Origin: Eledone cirrhosa
Lineage: Eukaryota
Reading direction: 5' to 3'
Assembly (NCBI GenBank): GCA_964016885.1
Contig: OZ024759.1
Location: 16,554,001-16,618,000, forward strand
DNA length: 64,000 nucleotides
Shown piece after piece: positions 1-64,000 of this stretch; the stretch's first letter is position 1, and each line of letters begins with the position of its first letter. Below the pieces are notes generated by a model. That model was not told the origin of the DNA. It saw only the letters and a program-made list of their open reading frames with translations, and ran no database searches. The position numbers were made by a program, and so were the translations under genes.

Positions 1-62787
<62,787 letters not shown>

Positions 62788-63100
62788 GTCGGTTATTTAT
62801 GTATATTTATATATATCATCATCATCAGCATCGTTTAACGTCCGTGTTCCACGCTTGCATGGGTTTGGTAATAATAAATACAAAGACCCAATTCCAAAGA
62901 GGACTTGATAAGGGTTAAACAATTATAAGTTTTCTGAAGAAGTGTGATAAATAATTAAGTATTGCATATGATAGAACAATATATATTGTAGTCAGCATAT
63001 GTAGACTATTATAATAAACACAGAAACATATGTTAAAGCCAATAAATTCCTACTTTCCTTTCTCGCTGAAGTCTATATGTTTCTTGGTGATGTAGCCCTT

Positions 63101-63136
<36 letters not shown>

Positions 63137-64000
63137 TATATAAAACTCACTATTTTATATATTTTGCACATTGCTTCAAGCAAATTGCATCACTTCCCTA
63201 CATAATTTAGCTTTTAACTCCCTGGCTACATGAAACCACATTAGCAAAACATTATTGAAAAGTACATAACAGCACTATGATTACATCTCATTAAAAATGA
63301 TTGCCTTGACTTCTTGTACCACATTAATAAGTTCTTCCTGAAAAGTAAAAAAAAGCACTATGACTACACATAATAAAAATTAAAGTCTTGATTTCCTGTG
63401 CCACATGACACCACATTAACAAGACCTTCCTGAAAAGTAAAGAAAAACATCACTATGACTACATCACATTAAATGTTAATGTCTTAATGTCCTGAACAAC
63501 ATGACTTCATTTATCAAAACACAAATTTCCCAGTTTGTCTGATTGTTCATATATCAAGTAATCCTGGTATATATGACACACCAGTCTTGGATTCCAACAA
63601 TTAAATACATTCAACACTATTGAATGGCACTGGTCCATTAGATATGAAATAATTTATTAAATCCCCTCCAAATTCTTCCTTAACCCTTTAGCATTTACAT
63701 TACTCTATATATAGTATTGTATTTTCATATTAAAGGCTTTACCTCATATAATTATCTCACATGATATCAAATCTATGAGATTTTGATATCATTTATTTTG
63801 AGAACAATACGTTAAAGTTGGTATGAGGGGCCAGTTAAAGCTGGTTTGAACAGAAAGAATTGAGAGAATTCTGGCCGGATTGATTTAAATGCTAAAGGGC
63901 TAACCCATGCTAGTGTGGAAAATGGACGTAAAATGGTAAGGATGATGATGATTACTCTATATTTACTATTCTATTTTCACGGTAAAGGCTTTATCTTACA

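Overview
Eukaryotic, AT-rich, repeat-dense genomic DNA. The (TA)n/(CAT)n microsatellites and tRNA-derived SINEs suggest an octopod cephalopod (inference only). The whole window lies inside one + strand multi-exon gene, UBR4 (p600/purity of essence; giant N-recognin E3/E4 ubiquitin ligase). I traced 37 GT-AG exons (the first cut by the window edge) that join in one open frame of 4218 nt (about 1405 codons). They cover an upstream helical region, the UBR-box zinc finger (20593-22336), the beta-propeller-like region and the following beta-sandwich region. Both gene ends are outside the window. Most ORF-track entries are repeat artefacts or exons read into introns. Introns hold SINEs, TTAA-, TA- and 8-bp-TSD MITEs, LINE remnants and minisatellites. 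Most notable: one anomalously long intron (27116-46554, 19.4 kb) carrying a candidate in-frame 15-nt microexon (VINTM) followed by a cluster of long hairpins with hammerhead-ribozyme-like remnants; a 98-bp inverted repeat whose three mismatches are all A-C; inverted young SINEs flanking the main UBR-box exon; a MITE-derived 114-bp satellite; and a displaced 32-nt copy of an exon/donor junction. No evidence of a second protein-coding gene. Homology calls are from recalled human UBR4 sequence, not a run search.
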